A stretch of 64,000 nucleotides of DNA from Lama glama (Eukaryota): positions 19,408,001-19,472,000 of the forward strand of contig CM052832.1 in the NCBI GenBank assembly GCA_028534125.1, in the 5' to 3' direction. Each line of letters starts with the position of its first letter. Within the stretch, counting starts at the first letter, position 1. Below are positions 62,261-64,000 of the stretch, one piece after another. A program made the translations under genes and the position numbers. The notes below the pieces were generated by a model that saw only the letters and a program-made list of their open reading frames with translations, was not told where the DNA came from and did not search any database.

Positions 62261-64000
62261 GTACAAACCAATGGAAGGGCTAATAAACTGTAAAGCTGGA
62301 CCCAAAGCCCGTACCCAGTGAGCTGGTGATGCGGGTTCCACGCTGCCTCTGCTTGTCAGGGAGAAACCCTCACGTACTCTTTCATTTTCTCTTTCCTGGA
62401 AGAGTTGGTTGGAATCTGTGTGCTGGGAGAGCACCTGCAGATGATCCAGATTGTCTAATCCTCTGTACCAAGAGGAAGGTCAAGTGTAAAGTCAAGGTCA
62501 TGAATGCACTAAGCCAGTTTTCACTTATATTTCCCACTGGTGCGAAAGCTTAGTACACTTTTTACTCTTAAACTCTTTCAAATGCACAGTAGTCTTAACC
62601 ATTTTGTCTCTGTCAACTTTCTTTTTTTTAAGCGCCAGTTTGGTGATCACACAGGCAAGGATGGCCACGATTGGCTGCAAATCTTCAGACCCAGGATAAT
62701 TTATAAAAAGCCTAGTTGGCACAATCCCCACGTAATGCAATTTATAGCTTCATTTTGCAAGCTAATAATTCAAAGAAGTACATCAGATGGGCAAAACATC
62801 TGCATGGATTGTTTATTTAACAGAACAATTTATTTCTTTATGCATTTGTTTCTTCAGTTGTTAATTTGCCAGTGTGTCCCATCTCTGACAATTCAAAGGC
62901 CTTTCCAAAGTTAAGGTGAACGTGTTGCAGACTGCATAAATTTTGTAAAATAGATAAAGTGGGAAAGTGGGAGGGGGTGCTTGATACCTGAAAGGTGGTT
63001 TTGTGCTTGCTGAGTTAACAGGAACAATGAAGTGTTCTCCGTGTTGGTGTAGAGGTAGCCCTGCCCACATGTGTGCAGAAATATAAGCCTTTCTTCTGCT
63101 TCCTTTATGATCATATGAGACCATTGCATATGGTTTTATCATCTAGTTTAAAAATGTGCAGCTTAAAATATAGTTAAGAACAACGTATAACACATGTAAA
63201 TGTAAAATTGGACTGTGTGAATAGTCTTAGAATAATGTTCATAAAGAAGTCAATTCGCTTAGACAGTTTCAGTGATATTATGAGCTCCCTCTTTGCTTAA
63301 AAGCTTTTTTCAAAAGTTTTCTGATAGAGGGGTTGCCAGATTCCATTCAGACCCAGCTGTGGAATTTATTATTTATTAATGTGTGTGAAATTCATTTGGC
63401 CACTTGAAAAGGAGCATAATGATTTTTTATCAACACATACCCATATGAAAATATACATTTTATTCAGTTCTTTTTTTCATGAAAGTTTAGTTTTTGCTCC
63501 CTCCAAAAGAAAAACATATTCAAACAGGCAAATATGTTTGGAAATAAAAATAACTTTGATTATGATGAAATTTAGTGACTTCACTCTTTAAACAGTTATG
63601 CAGTTTATTGGATTGTTTTTATTTTGTATCCTAGTTTATTCTACTGCCTTATGGATATACTATTATTATATCTGCAGCTCAACTCATTCTTCTCTCCTTA
63701 TTTTAAACTCTTCTTTCAATGAAAAAGAATATACATAAGCTTTAGAAACATCTAAGGAAAACAGATGGTTTTTCAGAATTTCTTTGCCCTGAAATTAAAC
63801 CTCTTGTTTTTCACTTTTGAGCTAAGTATAAAATTGTTACGGATGTTCTCATACTGCGTATTAATGCCTGTTACCTCAGATCCCACATTAACATTTATAT
63901 TTCCGCTGGGATTCCTGATCTAATCAGGTATTAAACCTGTGGTTATTTTGGCAATTCTGCCTTTTATGGAAGGATTCTAACAGTTGAACCCAAAGTTAGG

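Larger units (their letters stand above)
1..64000 (+). other. DCDC2: DCDC2 transcription unit (partial); window starts in the long intron before the 77-nt exon and ends in the long intron after the 163-nt exon
   Basis: No exon encoding the preceding (...EVVNTE) or following (DEGIFKAGAERSE...) DCDC2 peptide was seen in the window. Introns between the five exons are 140, 2444, 1754 and 5883 nt. Confidence 0.9.

Noticed and set aside
1..64000. The many 60-170 aa ORFs in the supplied track as genes
   Set aside because: This is eukaryotic intronic DNA. Many ORFs use TTG/GTG starts, overlap repeats and resemble no protein. Only the DCDC2 exon, the L1 remnants and RPS20 have recognisable content.
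1..64000. CRISPR array, operon or other prokaryotic system
   Set aside because: No regularly spaced direct repeats or dense coding regions. The content is unambiguously mammalian intron/exon sequence.

Overview
Mammalian genomic DNA, most likely a camelid (alpaca/llama/camel), judged from Vic-1-type tRNA-derived SINEs. The window lies inside the DCDC2 (doublecortin domain-containing 2) gene on the + strand. Five consecutive coding exons (77, 132, 147, 55 and 163 nt, at 14670-25464) have canonical GT-AG boundaries and splice into one open frame. That frame encodes the linker, the second DCX domain and the start of the C-terminal tail. The earlier and later exons fall outside the window. The rest is intronic and repeat-rich: L1, L2, MIR, ERV1/ERVL/MaLR solo LTRs (two nested events with target-site duplications, TSDs), Tigger1/MER2 DNA transposon remnants, microsatellites and a full-length RPS20 processed pseudogene. 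Nearly all entries in the ORF track are spurious or repeat-derived. I found no evidence for a new multi-gene biological system. The best leads are (i) an apparent polyadenylated mRNA 3' fragment of unknown origin fused directly to a tail-less L1 fragment, (ii) an AG|GTAAAA recursive-splice-type start to a DCDC2 exon, (iii) an unexplained CpG-retaining domain at ~29.2-32.8 kb, and (iv) young L1 insertions with near-perfect TSDs. Gene and repeat-family names come from recall of known sequences, not from database searches, and repeat boundaries without TSDs are approximate.
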